From IMG/VR virus record IMGVR_UViG_3300036770_001519, positions 3,671-67,670 of that record: DNA of 64,000 nucleotides; one strand, written 5' to 3'. Below, piece after piece: positions 8,419-17,218 of this stretch (position 1 is its first letter; each line of letters starts with the position of its first letter). Both the position numbers and the translations under genes were made by a program. The notes beneath the pieces were generated by a model. That model did not search any database. It saw only the letters and a program-made list of their open reading frames with translations, and was not told the DNA's origin. The stretch is from a virus.

Positions 8419-8645
8419 TGTGGATCAAGAAGTTCACCGATCTTGAGTATCGACCTGGCTATGTTGCAAGTGGGTGGGTTACATATGAGGATGATCTCCT
8501 CAGTTACCTTGATGTCTATGACTACGATTGGTCATGCACATCCATCGAAGGAAACTTCAGGTGCCCTCTTGACTTGGAACGACAGGCAGAGTATATTGTA
8601 AACGCATTGCTTGAGGAAGGCTACGACGATGCAGAACTCTTTTGA
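8418..8645 (+). CDS. Acidic hypothetical protein
   Basis: TGATG coupling to the previous gene. Confidence 0.6.
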   Translation: MWIKKFTDLEYRPGYVASGWVTYEDDLLSYLDVYDYDWSCTSIEGNFRCPLDLERQAEYIVNALLEEGYDDAELF

Positions 8646-8823
8646 AGAAGGAGAGTATGACGATATGGATGGTTACGATTGGGTCAGTTTCATTGATGAA
8701 TACCATTGCGCTGACTACTGGTATCTTGCGGACGAGTATGATCCCTATGATGCTCCGTCCCGCTATTGCGAGGCAGAGGATGACGATACGGATTTATCGG
8801 ACGGTCCATCGGGGGCGGACTGA
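8629..8823 (+). CDS. Very acidic small protein, possible DNA mimic
   Basis: 64 aa with 22 D/E, 1 R and no K by my count; aromatic-rich. Confidence 0.55.
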   Translation: MQNSFEEGEYDDMDGYDWVSFIDEYHCADYWYLADEYDPYDAPSRYCEAEDDDTDLSDGPSGAD

Positions 8824-8831
8824 CGAGCAAC

Positions 8832-8847
8832 AGGAGACGTATCGTAG
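8832..8847 (+). promoter_or_regulatory. Repeated motif AGGAGACGTATCGTAG, copy 2
   Basis: Intergenic, ~40 nt upstream of the RNAP start. Confidence 0.55.
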
Positions 8848-8885
8848 CATACAGGCTGCCCCGTTGGTAGCCGAAAGGAGTCGAT

Positions 8886-11363
8886 ATGTCTAACTACTGC
8901 AAGGGAAACTGCTGGGATAACCTGTCGTTTGAACAGCGTGAGCAGAGACTTACTCTCAACTCAGTCTTTGAAGAAGACATCTTCAATGAATCCATGCACA
9001 AATACTGGGAGAATTATGAGAAACTCCCAAGCATGTGTGCTCCTGAACAAGCATTGATTTACCGTGTCGTGGATCATATCTCCGATGCGGTCGAACAATA
9101 TCTCTGCGACCTTCAGAAGCGAAACATATCCTGGGTCACGCCGATCTATCTGCTTGGTCCAAGACGTGTTGCTGGTTTGTTGATTACTGTTTGTGCTGAT
9201 ACGATCATCAGCCAGAGACGTAAGTGCATTGAAAGCGATGACCTTGGCAACCGTGTCTATGCTCCTGTTCTACAGCAGGATCTTGCACGTGCAATTGCCA
9301 ACACAATACAGACTGCCGTCAACTATCAGCAGTCTAAGCAAGACAACCCAGGTGCATGGGTACTCGCATCTAGGATCGTCAAGTCTAGGTGGACCAAGAG
9401 ACAGATAAAGGATTTCATCAAGCATCACAAGACGCAAGGTCATATCAAGATGACCAATAAGGAGAGATACTATCTTGGTCTTAATCTCCTGTCCATCCTT
9501 GAACGTGCCGAGATCATACAACTCAACAAGTTCTGGGATGGTCCTGCATCTTCACCTATCGCTGTGTCATTCACCAACCATGTTACCGAGGGATTGACTA
9601 CTGCACACTCAGACTTCCTGACACGTGCCAAGATCAGGTATCGACCTATGATCGTACCGCCATTCAAGCATACGCTTGACATGTCTGGTGGTACCCATAC
9701 CGAACATCTCCGAAAGGGTATGGTCGATAGGGGTTACACGTACTTTCATGGCGAAGACTACGTGACTGAGTTCAAGGGTAGCGAACCATCTCAGGCTGTC
9801 ATTGATGGTCTAAACAGCCTCATGTCAACCGAGTGGACAGTAAACACACGGGTGTACGAGGTGATGGACACGCTGTTCAAGAACAACCTTCGCGTTGCAA
9901 ACCTACCGCCATATGAACTTGATCCTGTTCTAACTCAGGACAGGCTTGATGTCGATGATCCAGCAGAGGTTGAGCGAATCAAGAAGGAACGTTCGGAGCT
10001 GTGGTCAGAGTGGTATCGCAAGGAGAACGAGCGCATACGAATGTGTCTACGGCTAAGTATAGCCCGTGAGATGATTGCGTATGGCTTCTTCTACCATGTG
10101 TATACCTGTGACTTCAGGGGCAGGGCATATACCGTCACCGATCTTCTGTCTCCCCAGTCAGGGGATCACGATAGGTCTTTGATCCTATTTGCCAACCCAA
10201 TGAAGCAGACTGAACGTGGAATGTACTGGCTCAAGGTTCATCTTGCAAACCTGTTCGATCAGGACAAGAAGTCGTTTGCCAAGCGTGTCAAGTGGGTCGA
10301 TGACAACATCGCCATGCTAAGGAAGATCAACGATGATCCTCATGGTACGCTTGACCTATGGGCAGATGACAAGAAGAAGAAGAACCAGTCGTTCCAAAGA
10401 CTGGCTGCTGTGTTCGAACTGTTCCGAAAGGATGGATTGACTCAGCTACCTGTCGGAATGGATGGTTCTTGCAACGGTATCCAGCACTGGGCTGCAATCG
10501 CAAAGGATCCTATCATTGGTCAGATGGTAAACCTTCTGCCATGCGAGGAACCAAACGACGCATATGGTGTCGTTGCTGCTGAGGTAACGCAGTCGATGCT
10601 TCCCTTGAACTACAAGGATCCATGGGTCACCATGTTCCTTGAGCACTGGGAAGGTTCGATCAAGAGATCGGTTGTCAAGAGAGCCGTGATGACAGATCCC
10701 TATGGTGTCACTACAAGGGGTATCACGGATGGTCTGTTGAACGATGGTCACCTCGACTGGATAGACAAGACGGTAAAGGTAAACGCAGCGCGTGAACTTA
10801 CCAAGTATGTTCAGGCTGCTATGAATACGCTGCTCACGATCCCCAACCAAGGCAAGGTGTGGCTCAAGCAGGTATCCAAGGTTGCATCCGAGAAGCAGGT
10901 CCATCTTGAATGGACTACGCCAATTGGATTCAAGGTTCGTCACCAGTACTATGGCAAGACGAACGGTGTTGTAAACCTACAGTCGATGATAACATCCATG
11001 CGCGTTGAGTTCAACGAGTTTGTAAGGGACGAAGTCAATGGACGGGAAGCACAGAACGGCATCTCTCCCAACTTCATCCACTCGCTTGACGCATCGCATA
11101 TGTTTGCTGTCATCATCGGACTGTCGTTGCTTGGTTGTGAATCGTATTCGTTCATCCATGATTCATACGGTGTTCATGCACCATTGGTTGATTCGCTGCG
11201 AGACATAACCAGGCAGGAGTTTGTACGTATTCACGAAGTAAACCAACTTGATCGGCTGCGTCAGCAATTGTCCGAGTATCTTGAGGTTGATCTTCCCAAC
11301 GTTCCGAGCACGGGTTCATTGGACATTACAAAGGTGCTAGAAAGCGAGTACTTCTTTCATTGA
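8886..11363 (+). CDS. T7-like single-subunit DNA-dependent RNA polymerase
   Basis: PMIVPP, DFRGRAY, DGSCNGIQH (motif A), RSVVKRAVMT.PYG (motif B), PNFIHSLDASH, IHDSY (motif C). Confidence 0.98.
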   Translation: MSNYCKGNCWDNLSFEQREQRLTLNSVFEEDIFNESMHKYWENYEKLPSMCAPEQALIYRVVDHISDAVEQYLCDLQKRNISWVTPIYLLGPRRVAGLLITVCADTIISQRRKCIESDDLGNRVYAPVLQQDLARAIANTIQTAVNYQQSKQDNPGAWVLASRIVKSRWTKRQIKDFIKHHKTQGHIKMTNKERYYLGLNLLSILERAEIIQLNKFWDGPASSPIAVSFTNHVTEGLTTAHSDFLTRAKIRYRPMIVPPFKHTLDMSGGTHTEHLRKGMVDRGYTYFHGEDYVTEFKGSEPSQAVIDGLNSLMSTEWTVNTRVYEVMDTLFKNNLRVANLPPYELDPVLTQDRLDVDDPAEVERIKKERSELWSEWYRKENERIRMCLRLSIAREMIAYGFFYHVYTCDFRGRAYTVTDLLSPQSGDHDRSLILFANPMKQTERGMYWLKVHLANLFDQDKKSFAKRVKWVDDNIAMLRKINDDPHGTLDLWADDKKKKNQSFQRLAAVFELFRKDGLTQLPVGMDGSCNGIQHWAAIAKDPIIGQMVNLLPCEEPNDAYGVVAAEVTQSMLPLNYKDPWVTMFLEHWEGSIKRSVVKRAVMTDPYGVTTRGITDGLLNDGHLDWIDKTVKVNAARELTKYVQAAMNTLLTIPNQGKVWLKQVSKVASEKQVHLEWTTPIGFKVRHQYYGKTNGVVNLQSMITSMRVEFNEFVRDEVNGREAQNGISPNFIHSLDASHMFAVIIGLSLLGCESYSFIHDSYGVHAPLVDSLRDITRQEFVRIHEVNQLDRLRQQLSEYLEVDLPNVPSTGSLDITKVLESEYFFH

Positions 11364-11596
11364 AGTCTCCTGTCCTTATCGTAGACAGCGAGGGAGCAAT
11401 CGAAACGGCAGTCAAGATTGTCTACAAGGCAATGAAAGACAAGAAGAAACAGGAAGTGAACCTTCAGTTCCTATGCACATCCGAGTGGATGCATCTCCAG
11501 TTTCTCCAGTACCTCATGTCCTATCTCGCTGCAAAGAAAGCAAAGAAAGTTGAACATGTCAAAATCGACATCTACATCGAGCAAAAAGAAAAGTAA
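11360..11596 (+). CDS. Hypothetical protein
   Basis: Start overlaps the RNAP stop; 78 aa. Confidence 0.6.
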   Translation: MKSPVLIVDSEGAIETAVKIVYKAMKDKKKQEVNLQFLCTSEWMHLQFLQYLMSYLAAKKAKKVEHVKIDIYIEQKEK

Positions 11597-11804
11597 GGTT
11601 GAGCTGAACGGAAGAAGCTACAGGTACGGTGACCTCTATGATTCATGGAACATCCACCAGCAGTCTCATTTCGACGGCACTGGTACGGATGTATACGAGC
11701 CGATACCACAGGAGAATGGCGAACCTCTGCCATCTCTTGCAGACCAATGGAAAGAGGACTATAAGAGAAGGATCAAGAATGGCAAGAGTACTCGTAGTCG
11801 GTGA
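11556..11804 (+). CDS. Hypothetical protein
   Basis: Fills the gap before the phosphoesterase gene. Confidence 0.55.
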   Translation: MSKSTSTSSKKKSKVELNGRSYRYGDLYDSWNIHQQSHFDGTGTDVYEPIPQENGEPLPSLADQWKEDYKRRIKNGKSTRSR

Positions 11805-12438
11805 CCTGCATTGTCCTGCGGTTCATCCGCAATACCTTGAGTTCGTGAAGTCTGTGCGTAAGAAGTACAAGACCGACAGCACTGTGTTCATCGGTGATGT
11901 CGTGGACCATGCGTCCATCTCGTTTCACAAGAAGAATCCCGAGCATCCTGCTGCGCTTGACGAGTATCGTCAGGCAATGGATGCACTCAGTAAGTGGGTA
12001 AAGAACTTCAAGGAAGCAACCATCACCATCGGAAACCATGATGACCGTGTGATTCGAATCGCCGCAGATGCGGGTATTCCATCGCACTATCTCAAGGGAT
12101 ACGAGGAGATGTACAACTCAGCCGAATGGGACTGGGTTCCATCTGTTGAGATCGACGGCGTGTACTACTATCACGGTGTCGGTGCTGGTGGTATGTATCC
12201 CGCCATCAACGCTGCCAAGATGCGGCTACAGTCCGTTGTCATGGGTCACTACCATAGTGTGGCTGGCATCAACTGGATCGTTGGTCCAACCTCACGTATC
12301 TTCGGAATGAATGTCGGGTCTGGTGTTGACCGCTTCCACCCAGCCATGTTGTACGGATCTGCCTACCTCAAGAAGCCTGTGGTTTCCTGCGGTGTGGTGA
12401 TCGACGGTCATCCCTATCTGGAGCTGATGGATCTATGA
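11779..12438 (+). CDS. Calcineurin-like metallophosphoesterase
   Basis: GDLH, GDVVD, GNHD, HG and GHYH motifs in canonical order. Confidence 0.92.
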   Translation: MARVLVVGDLHCPAVHPQYLEFVKSVRKKYKTDSTVFIGDVVDHASISFHKKNPEHPAALDEYRQAMDALSKWVKNFKEATITIGNHDDRVIRIAADAGIPSHYLKGYEEMYNSAEWDWVPSVEIDGVYYYHGVGAGGMYPAINAAKMRLQSVVMGHYHSVAGINWIVGPTSRIFGMNVGSGVDRFHPAMLYGSAYLKKPVVSCGVVIDGHPYLELMDL

Positions 12439-12611
12439 AGCTATACGATGTTGAACTCAGGGAAAAGAGTGTGGACACCTATATCTACAATGTCATTGAT
12501 CGAAACCTTGTATCGGAAAGCTTTCTGATTCAGACAATCAATGGCTTCCTGTCAACACGGGAAGACGGTAAGGCATACGTTGTCATCTCCCAGGTTGAGG
12601 CAAAGGTATGA
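12435..12611 (+). CDS. Small hypothetical protein (58 aa, below ORF-track cutoff)
   Basis: ATGA overlaps at both ends. Confidence 0.55.
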   Translation: MKLYDVELREKSVDTYIYNVIDRNLVSESFLIQTINGFLSTREDGKAYVVISQVEAKV

Positions 12612-13048
12612 ACCTAACTCAGCTCAGGAAAGAAGCCAAGGTATGGCAGAAGAAACTTGGGCTGACTCATTGGAAGATAACCGTGGTGTGGGCTAAGCCA
12701 GATGAACTGAACACCGAGACAGAGAAGGTGTTTGGTCTGAATGCATATGATCCAAACCACATGGAGTCTACGATAAAGATCCTGAATCCCAAGTACGAGG
12801 ACTACAATGTTCTCAATACCCTGGTGCATGAGCTGCTGCACCTGTATATGTTTCCGCTGGAATCCGCAGCAGGTTTCAGCATTAAGCCACCGACAGACCA
12901 ATGGGAGACTGCAATGGAGCAGACTATCAATCGGCTGTCAGAACTATTAATGGAGAATCGCAATGGAAGAAATGACCGAAGAGAAGATCAAGATCGTAAA
13001 GGCAGAGGAAGTAATCAAGTACCTGGAGACGGTGGTGATGTACCTTGA
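12608..13048 (+). CDS. Small zincin-like metallopeptidase
   Basis: WQ..LGL..W.I N-terminus, TLVHELLHL (HExxH), distal E..IN.L. Confidence 0.75.
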   Translation: MNLTQLRKEAKVWQKKLGLTHWKITVVWAKPDELNTETEKVFGLNAYDPNHMESTIKILNPKYEDYNVLNTLVHELLHLYMFPLESAAGFSIKPPTDQWETAMEQTINRLSELLMENRNGRNDRREDQDRKGRGSNQVPGDGGDVP

Positions 13049-13107
13049 AGCCGTGCAGCAGGACATGATTGCCAACATCAACAAGCTCAACGAGGAGAAC
13101 AATACGA

Positions 13108-13656
13108 ATGGCTGAACGTATCAAGAATGTCATCACCCCGCCTGTCGAAGTCAAGTGGTCCAACCTAATCAAGCCAGACACGATGTTTGGCGAGGGTTCT
13201 GCCAACCACAACATCACCGTTGTGCTTACTCCAGAGCTTGAGGGTATCCTTGGTACCATCTCCAAGGAGCATGGTGCCAAGAAGATCAACGGTGTGTATG
13301 AGAAGGATGGTGTCAGGACCGTCAAGTTCAAGAGCAAGTCGTATGTCAGCAAGGGTGCATTCCCGTGTCAGGACAGCACTGGCAACTATACCGATGTCGT
13401 TCCATTCGGTACAGATGTTGTCCGTCTCAAGCTTGCTCCCGCACTTGTCGTAAAGGGTGCTGCCAAGTCCATGTCGTTCTACTTGAATGGCGTTCAGATC
13501 GTACAGAAGAACTCAGCTGGTCTTCAGCAGCGTGTCAATGGGTTCGACGCAATTGAGGGAGGGTATGTCGGCAACCATGTTGACCGACCTGCAAAGTCTG
13601 AGGCTGTAGAAGCCCAGTCTTCCCCAGCGATTACTGATTCGGACATTCCCTTCTAA
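13108..13656 (+). CDS. Single-stranded DNA-binding protein (T7 gp2.5-like)
   Basis: ITP....W..L.KPD, S.YLNGVQI, acidic tail ending DSDIPF; position in the replication module. Confidence 0.8.
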   Translation: MAERIKNVITPPVEVKWSNLIKPDTMFGEGSANHNITVVLTPELEGILGTISKEHGAKKINGVYEKDGVRTVKFKSKSYVSKGAFPCQDSTGNYTDVVPFGTDVVRLKLAPALVVKGAAKSMSFYLNGVQIVQKNSAGLQQRVNGFDAIEGGYVGNHVDRPAKSEAVEAQSSPAITDSDIPF

Positions 13657-14021
13657 TGAAGTGGAAGTTCCCCATCTCTCCTGTGGCTGCAAGTAGACCA
13701 CGGGTTACAAAGTGGGGTACATACTTTACTGGCACATACAAGGACTTTCGTAGCGAGGCAAAGCACGTTGTCCTTGATGTGGTTAAGAACTGGAAGCCTA
13801 CGGATAAACAGCTGAAGGTTTGGATTGAGATAGCACCAACCAAACCAAAGACCAGTAAGCTGATGTATCCCAGACCTGATGTTGACAACTACATCAAGTC
13901 GGTCTTCGATCTATGCAACGGCATCATATGGGACGATGATGTTCAGATTGTATACGTCGAGGCAAGCAAGGCGTGGGCAAAGGGAAACGGTTACTTTACC
14001 GTAGAAATAGAGGAACTATGA
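13656..14021 (+). CDS. rusA: RusA-family Holliday junction resolvase
   Basis: RPR, PDVDNYIK..FD..NG..W.DD.QI catalytic motif. Confidence 0.9.
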   Translation: MKWKFPISPVAASRPRVTKWGTYFTGTYKDFRSEAKHVVLDVVKNWKPTDKQLKVWIEIAPTKPKTSKLMYPRPDVDNYIKSVFDLCNGIIWDDDVQIVYVEASKAWAKGNGYFTVEIEEL

Positions 14022-14251
14022 ACAACTGTTTTAACAGTCACAATTACGCAACAGATGCATCTCGCAACTTTGAGTTGAGTGGAAGTCTTGTATCACCAGA
14101 CTCAATGGGAATGGTGATTGAGATGAGAACTAGCGATGCAACGGATCACGTTGTCGTTACCTTGGATCTAGACAGCGGACGTTACGCTGCCAAGTTCGAC
14201 AAGAATGCACTGAGAAACCTTATCCTGAGGATGACACATGAAGTTTACTAA
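14018..14251 (+). CDS. Hypothetical protein
   Basis: ATGA coupling; GAGGA RBS. Confidence 0.6.
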   Translation: MNNCFNSHNYATDASRNFELSGSLVSPDSMGMVIEMRTSDATDHVVVTLDLDSGRYAAKFDKNALRNLILRMTHEVY

Positions 14252-14573
14252 GGCAAATATCAAGAAGATCGTCAAGCAAACCAAGGAGATCACCGCAGGT
14301 GACTTCGCAATGGTTCAGGTCACGCTTACCTTCCCCGTTATGACTTCTTGCTTCGACAAGACTTCGGTTGTGGCACAGCTTAACTGTGCTGCCGACGAGG
14401 TTGAGTGCGACGAGAACTACGAGGGTTGGGTTGACATCTCAACGTCTCCTGTTACTACAAAGGAACTCAAGGAGTTTGCTGCAAAGAACAAGGACTGGTA
14501 TGTTTACAACGACAGCAACTACGGTGACGAGGATGACTTCCTCCTGTCGGATGTGACCGACAAGCTCAAGTAA
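14238..14573 (+). CDS. Hypothetical protein
   Basis: GAGGA RBS; 111 aa ORF. Confidence 0.65.
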   Translation: MKFTKANIKKIVKQTKEITAGDFAMVQVTLTFPVMTSCFDKTSVVAQLNCAADEVECDENYEGWVDISTSPVTTKELKEFAAKNKDWYVYNDSNYGDEDDFLLSDVTDKLK

Positions 14574-14580
14574 CAAACAC

Positions 14581-14643
14581 TGGTGGCAAGGGTCTGAGAG
14601 ATAAACAGACAGCCTGTGGAATACTGCAACGTATTCCCCACCA
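14581..14643 (+). ncRNA. Three-way-junction structured element ending in CCA, at the head of the tRNA cluster
   Basis: TGGTGG/CCACCA closing stem with GTCTG/CAGAC and GGAATAC/GTATTCC hairpins. Confidence 0.4.
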
Positions 14644-14647
14644 TTAT

Positions 14648-14738
14648 GGGCGTTTAGCATCTGGGTATGCAATCCTGCTTATAACAGGACTTAGTGGCCG
14701 ATTACCGCGAGAGGTGGGTTCGATTCCCTCAACGCCTA
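14648..14738 (+). tRNA. tRNA-Ile(TAT) with long variable arm
   Basis: Acceptor GGGCGTT/AACGCCT, D stem GCAT/ATGC, anticodon stem TCCTG/CAGGA with loop CT-TAT-AA, ~24-nt variable region, T loop TTCGATT. Confidence 0.75.
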
Positions 14739-14742
14739 TTAT

Positions 14743-14815
14743 GCCAAGGTAGACCAACGGCAGAGTCAACGCTCTCAAAATGCGTTAAGTGTGGGTTCGA
14801 ATCCCATCCTTGGTA
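14743..14815 (+). tRNA. tRNA-Leu(CAA) with short variable loop
   Basis: Acceptor GCCAAGG/CCTTGGT, anticodon loop CT-CAA-AA (T-T mismatch next to the loop), T arm GTGGG-TTCGAAT-CCCAT. Confidence 0.8.
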
Positions 14816-14819
14816 CTAA

Positions 14820-14892
14820 GGTTTCGTAACTCAGTTGGTAGAGTAGTGGACTTTTAATCCATAAGTCGTGGGTTCAAGTCCCACCGAAACCA
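14820..14892 (+). tRNA. tRNA-Lys(TTT)
   Basis: Canonical cloverleaf: GGTTTCG/CGAAACC, GTGGA-CTTTTAA-TCCAT, TTCAAGT. Confidence 0.93.
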
Positions 14893-14896
14893 TCAT

Positions 14897-14969
14897 ATTC
14901 CTGTAGCTCAACGGATAGAGCATCAGCCTTCTAAGCTGGTGGTTGGTGGTTCGAATCCACCCAGGAATG
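14897..14969 (+). tRNA. tRNA-Arg(TCT)
   Basis: Canonical cloverleaf: ATTCCTG/CAGGAAT, TCAGC-CTTCTAA-GCTGG, TTCGAAT. Confidence 0.93.
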
Positions 14970-14986
14970 TTAAAGGAGGATAGCAA

Positions 14987-15316
14987 GTGAATAATGAATA
15001 CGATAATATCACGAAAGATCCATTTCTTGACGAATACTACAAGATCCTAAATGGATTTGGTCAGCCTGAGATCATCGACAAGATGATCTACGAACGCCAC
15101 GATCAGCGCAACTGTTCTCCACGTATTCAGGATGCCATCTTGGATGCGGCATGGCAGATCAAGAACAAGTGGATAAAAGAAGAGACACGTGAGTTCGTGC
15201 TGCGTATGTCATGGCACATCCTGCACCTTGAGGAAACACTCAAGCGGAACAACATTGACCACGAACAATACCGTAGTTACTACAGAATGCCAAAGGAAGA
15301 TTCAAATGAATCGTGA
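14987..15316 (+). CDS. Hypothetical protein
   Basis: AAGGAGG RBS; GTG start. Confidence 0.7.
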   Translation: MNNEYDNITKDPFLDEYYKILNGFGQPEIIDKMIYERHDQRNCSPRIQDAILDAAWQIKNKWIKEETREFVLRMSWHILHLEETLKRNNIDHEQYRSYYRMPKEDSNES

Positions 15317-15569
15317 ACGCTACATCGAACTTGACCGATCAGGAACAGGACTCACCAAGGAAGAGTGGGAGCAGGGTTGGCATTGGTGCAACGAATGGGA
15401 TGGAATGCTTGTCGGTCCAAACACCAATGAAGCACTAGTCTGTTCCTGTAGTCATCCTGTCATCGAAGCATGGAAGGAATCGGAAGAGGGCAAGAAGATG
15501 CAGAAGGATCTTGACGAGCGATTTGAAAAACTCACCGAGAAAAACTTCTTGATGGAAGACGGCAAGTGA
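15306..15569 (+). CDS. Hypothetical protein
   Basis: AAGGA RBS; GWHWC.EWDG...C.C motif. Confidence 0.65.
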   Translation: MNRERYIELDRSGTGLTKEEWEQGWHWCNEWDGMLVGPNTNEALVCSCSHPVIEAWKESEEGKKMQKDLDERFEKLTEKNFLMEDGK

Positions 15570-16090
15570 AATCCATTCCAACAGAACCTAGTATTGTTGT
15601 ATTCAACGGCGGACCAAAGGATGGAACTACCATACCTTACAAGTTTTCCATGTATCCAGAATACAAGGCTGCAAATAACCCATGCTATAGTATTGGAAAT
15701 TACTATACCGACAGTGATCCCCTGCCCTTTGAAGCTATTAAGTGGGTTCGATATGAACTAAAGAAGGCAGTACGCCACGTCATTGAACCGCGTAAGCATG
15801 TGGAAATCAATCCAGAATACGCCAAAGATAAGTATACCGTTACAATCTATCACCTGCATCATGCTGATTTTGCCTACGTCTACCAACTTGAAGGTAGCCA
15901 AGACAAGCCTATTGTTCCAGAAGAAGCATGGTTTGGTCGGATAACCGAAAAGGAATTGATTGATTCCTTTCAGAACAGCAATGATGATGCCTATCTTGCT
16001 TGGATATATGAAGAAGAAATGAGAAAACAAAATGAAACCAGGATATCAAACGACAGAGTTTTGGACAGCAATCGCACCAATCGTCGGTAG
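15566..16090 (+). CDS. Hypothetical protein
   Basis: GTGA coupling; GGP.DG motif. Confidence 0.65.
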   Translation: MKSIPTEPSIVVFNGGPKDGTTIPYKFSMYPEYKAANNPCYSIGNYYTDSDPLPFEAIKWVRYELKKAVRHVIEPRKHVEINPEYAKDKYTVTIYHLHHADFAYVYQLEGSQDKPIVPEEAWFGRITEKELIDSFQNSNDDAYLAWIYEEEMRKQNETRISNDRVLDSNRTNRR

Positions 16091-16223
16091 TCTTACCGTC
16101 AAGGATGCGGCAAATCAGGATCTTCTAATCATATGCGGAGCAGCATTGGCTGGTCTGTATATCATATCACGAACACTCGTAAAGTACAAGGAGCCGCCGA
16201 GTGCCAAAAATGTGGATGGGTGA
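16032..16223 (+). CDS. Small two-TM membrane protein, holin-like
   Basis: MKPGYQTTEFW start, two hydrophobic helices, charged C-terminus. Confidence 0.55.
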   Translation: MKPGYQTTEFWTAIAPIVGSLTVKDAANQDLLIICGAALAGLYIISRTLVKYKEPPSAKNVDG

Positions 16224-16866
16224 CGAACCCGAACTTGTTCAGTATGTGGATCACATGGGTGATGACGATGCCGTGTGTGATGCAGCACGTGTATCGATGG
16301 CAAAGACATCGGACCTGTTCACCGTAAACCAGAACCACAGGCTCATTGCCTATCTTGCCAAGCACAATCACTGGAGTCCATTCAGTCATTGTCAGGTTAA
16401 GTTCAGGTTCAAGGCACCGATCTTCGTTGCCCGTCAACTTCAGAAGCATCAGGTTGGATTCTCATGGAACGAGGTGTCTCGTCGCTATGTGAACGAGGAG
16501 CCTGAGTTCTGGATGCCGCTTAACCTTCGCCCTAAGGCTGACAACGTTAAGCAAGGATCAAGCGATGCGGTTCATCCCGCGTCGGATCTCTACAAGCTTG
16601 ACCTAGACAACATGTACCACTATGCGACAAGCGTGTATTCGCAGATGGTTGCAGAAGGTATCTGTGCTGAACAGGCACGGGCAGTACTGCCACAAGCCAT
16701 GATGACGGAGTGGATCTGGACTGGAAGTCTGTATGCGTGGGCACGTATGTATGCCCTTCGCAGTGAATCACACGCACAGCGTGAGGTTCAGTTCTATGCA
16801 AGCCGAATAGATGAGGAGATGACCAGGCTGTTTCCAATCAGCTGGTCTGCGCTTAAAGATGTATGA
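16201..16866 (+). CDS. thyX: Flavin-dependent thymidylate synthase
   Basis: AARVS, HWSPF.H, APIFVARQL.KHQ, WNEVSRRY, EQAR.VLPQ, LR....AQ.E. Exact start uncertain (16201-16216). Confidence 0.95.
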   Translation: MPKMWMGDEPELVQYVDHMGDDDAVCDAARVSMAKTSDLFTVNQNHRLIAYLAKHNHWSPFSHCQVKFRFKAPIFVARQLQKHQVGFSWNEVSRRYVNEEPEFWMPLNLRPKADNVKQGSSDAVHPASDLYKLDLDNMYHYATSVYSQMVAEGICAEQARAVLPQAMMTEWIWTGSLYAWARMYALRSESHAQREVQFYASRIDEEMTRLFPISWSALKDV

Positions 16867-17218
16867 TTATCTCGTAGAGGCAGCAAGATTCAACACCAAG
16901 AACATAGACCGAACGCACTACAGCTTTATTCTCAAGAAGAACAAGGTGCTTGCGGTTGGTCAGGAGCAGCGTGGCAAGACTCACCCTCTTGCACTCAAGT
17001 ATGGATACAAGTATCCAACTATACACTCCGAGCTTGATGCCTTTAGACAACTGCACAAGTCGGACATCCGTGACTCTCTTGTGTTGGTTAACGCAAGAAT
17101 CACGACCACTGGTGTGGTTGGGATGTCCCGTCCATGCAAGTACTGCATCGGGTGGGTCACGGAAATCTTCGATGAGATCTGGTATACGAATCAAGAAGGG
17201 ATTCTAGTGAAGCTATGA
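16859..17218 (+). CDS. Zn-dependent cytidine/deoxycytidylate deaminase-family protein
   Basis: HSE (HxE) followed by SRPCKYC (PCxxC). Confidence 0.8.
   Translation: MYDYLVEAARFNTKNIDRTHYSFILKKNKVLAVGQEQRGKTHPLALKYGYKYPTIHSELDAFRQLHKSDIRDSLVLVNARITTTGVVGMSRPCKYCIGWVTEIFDEIWYTNQEGILVKL

Noticed and set aside
14590-14612. Hammerhead ribozyme (CTGAGAGA)
   Set aside because: The CUGANGA and GAAA core with its three flanking stems is not properly formed.
14743-14815. Suppressor (TCA) reading of the second tRNA, implying recoding
   Set aside because: The standard 7-nt loop gives CAA, and TGA, TAA and TAG all end genes normally in this genome.
14581-14969. Prophage attachment site at the tRNAs
   Set aside because: No integrase, no duplicated tRNA 3' end and no host genes; the tRNAs lie inside the phage replication module.
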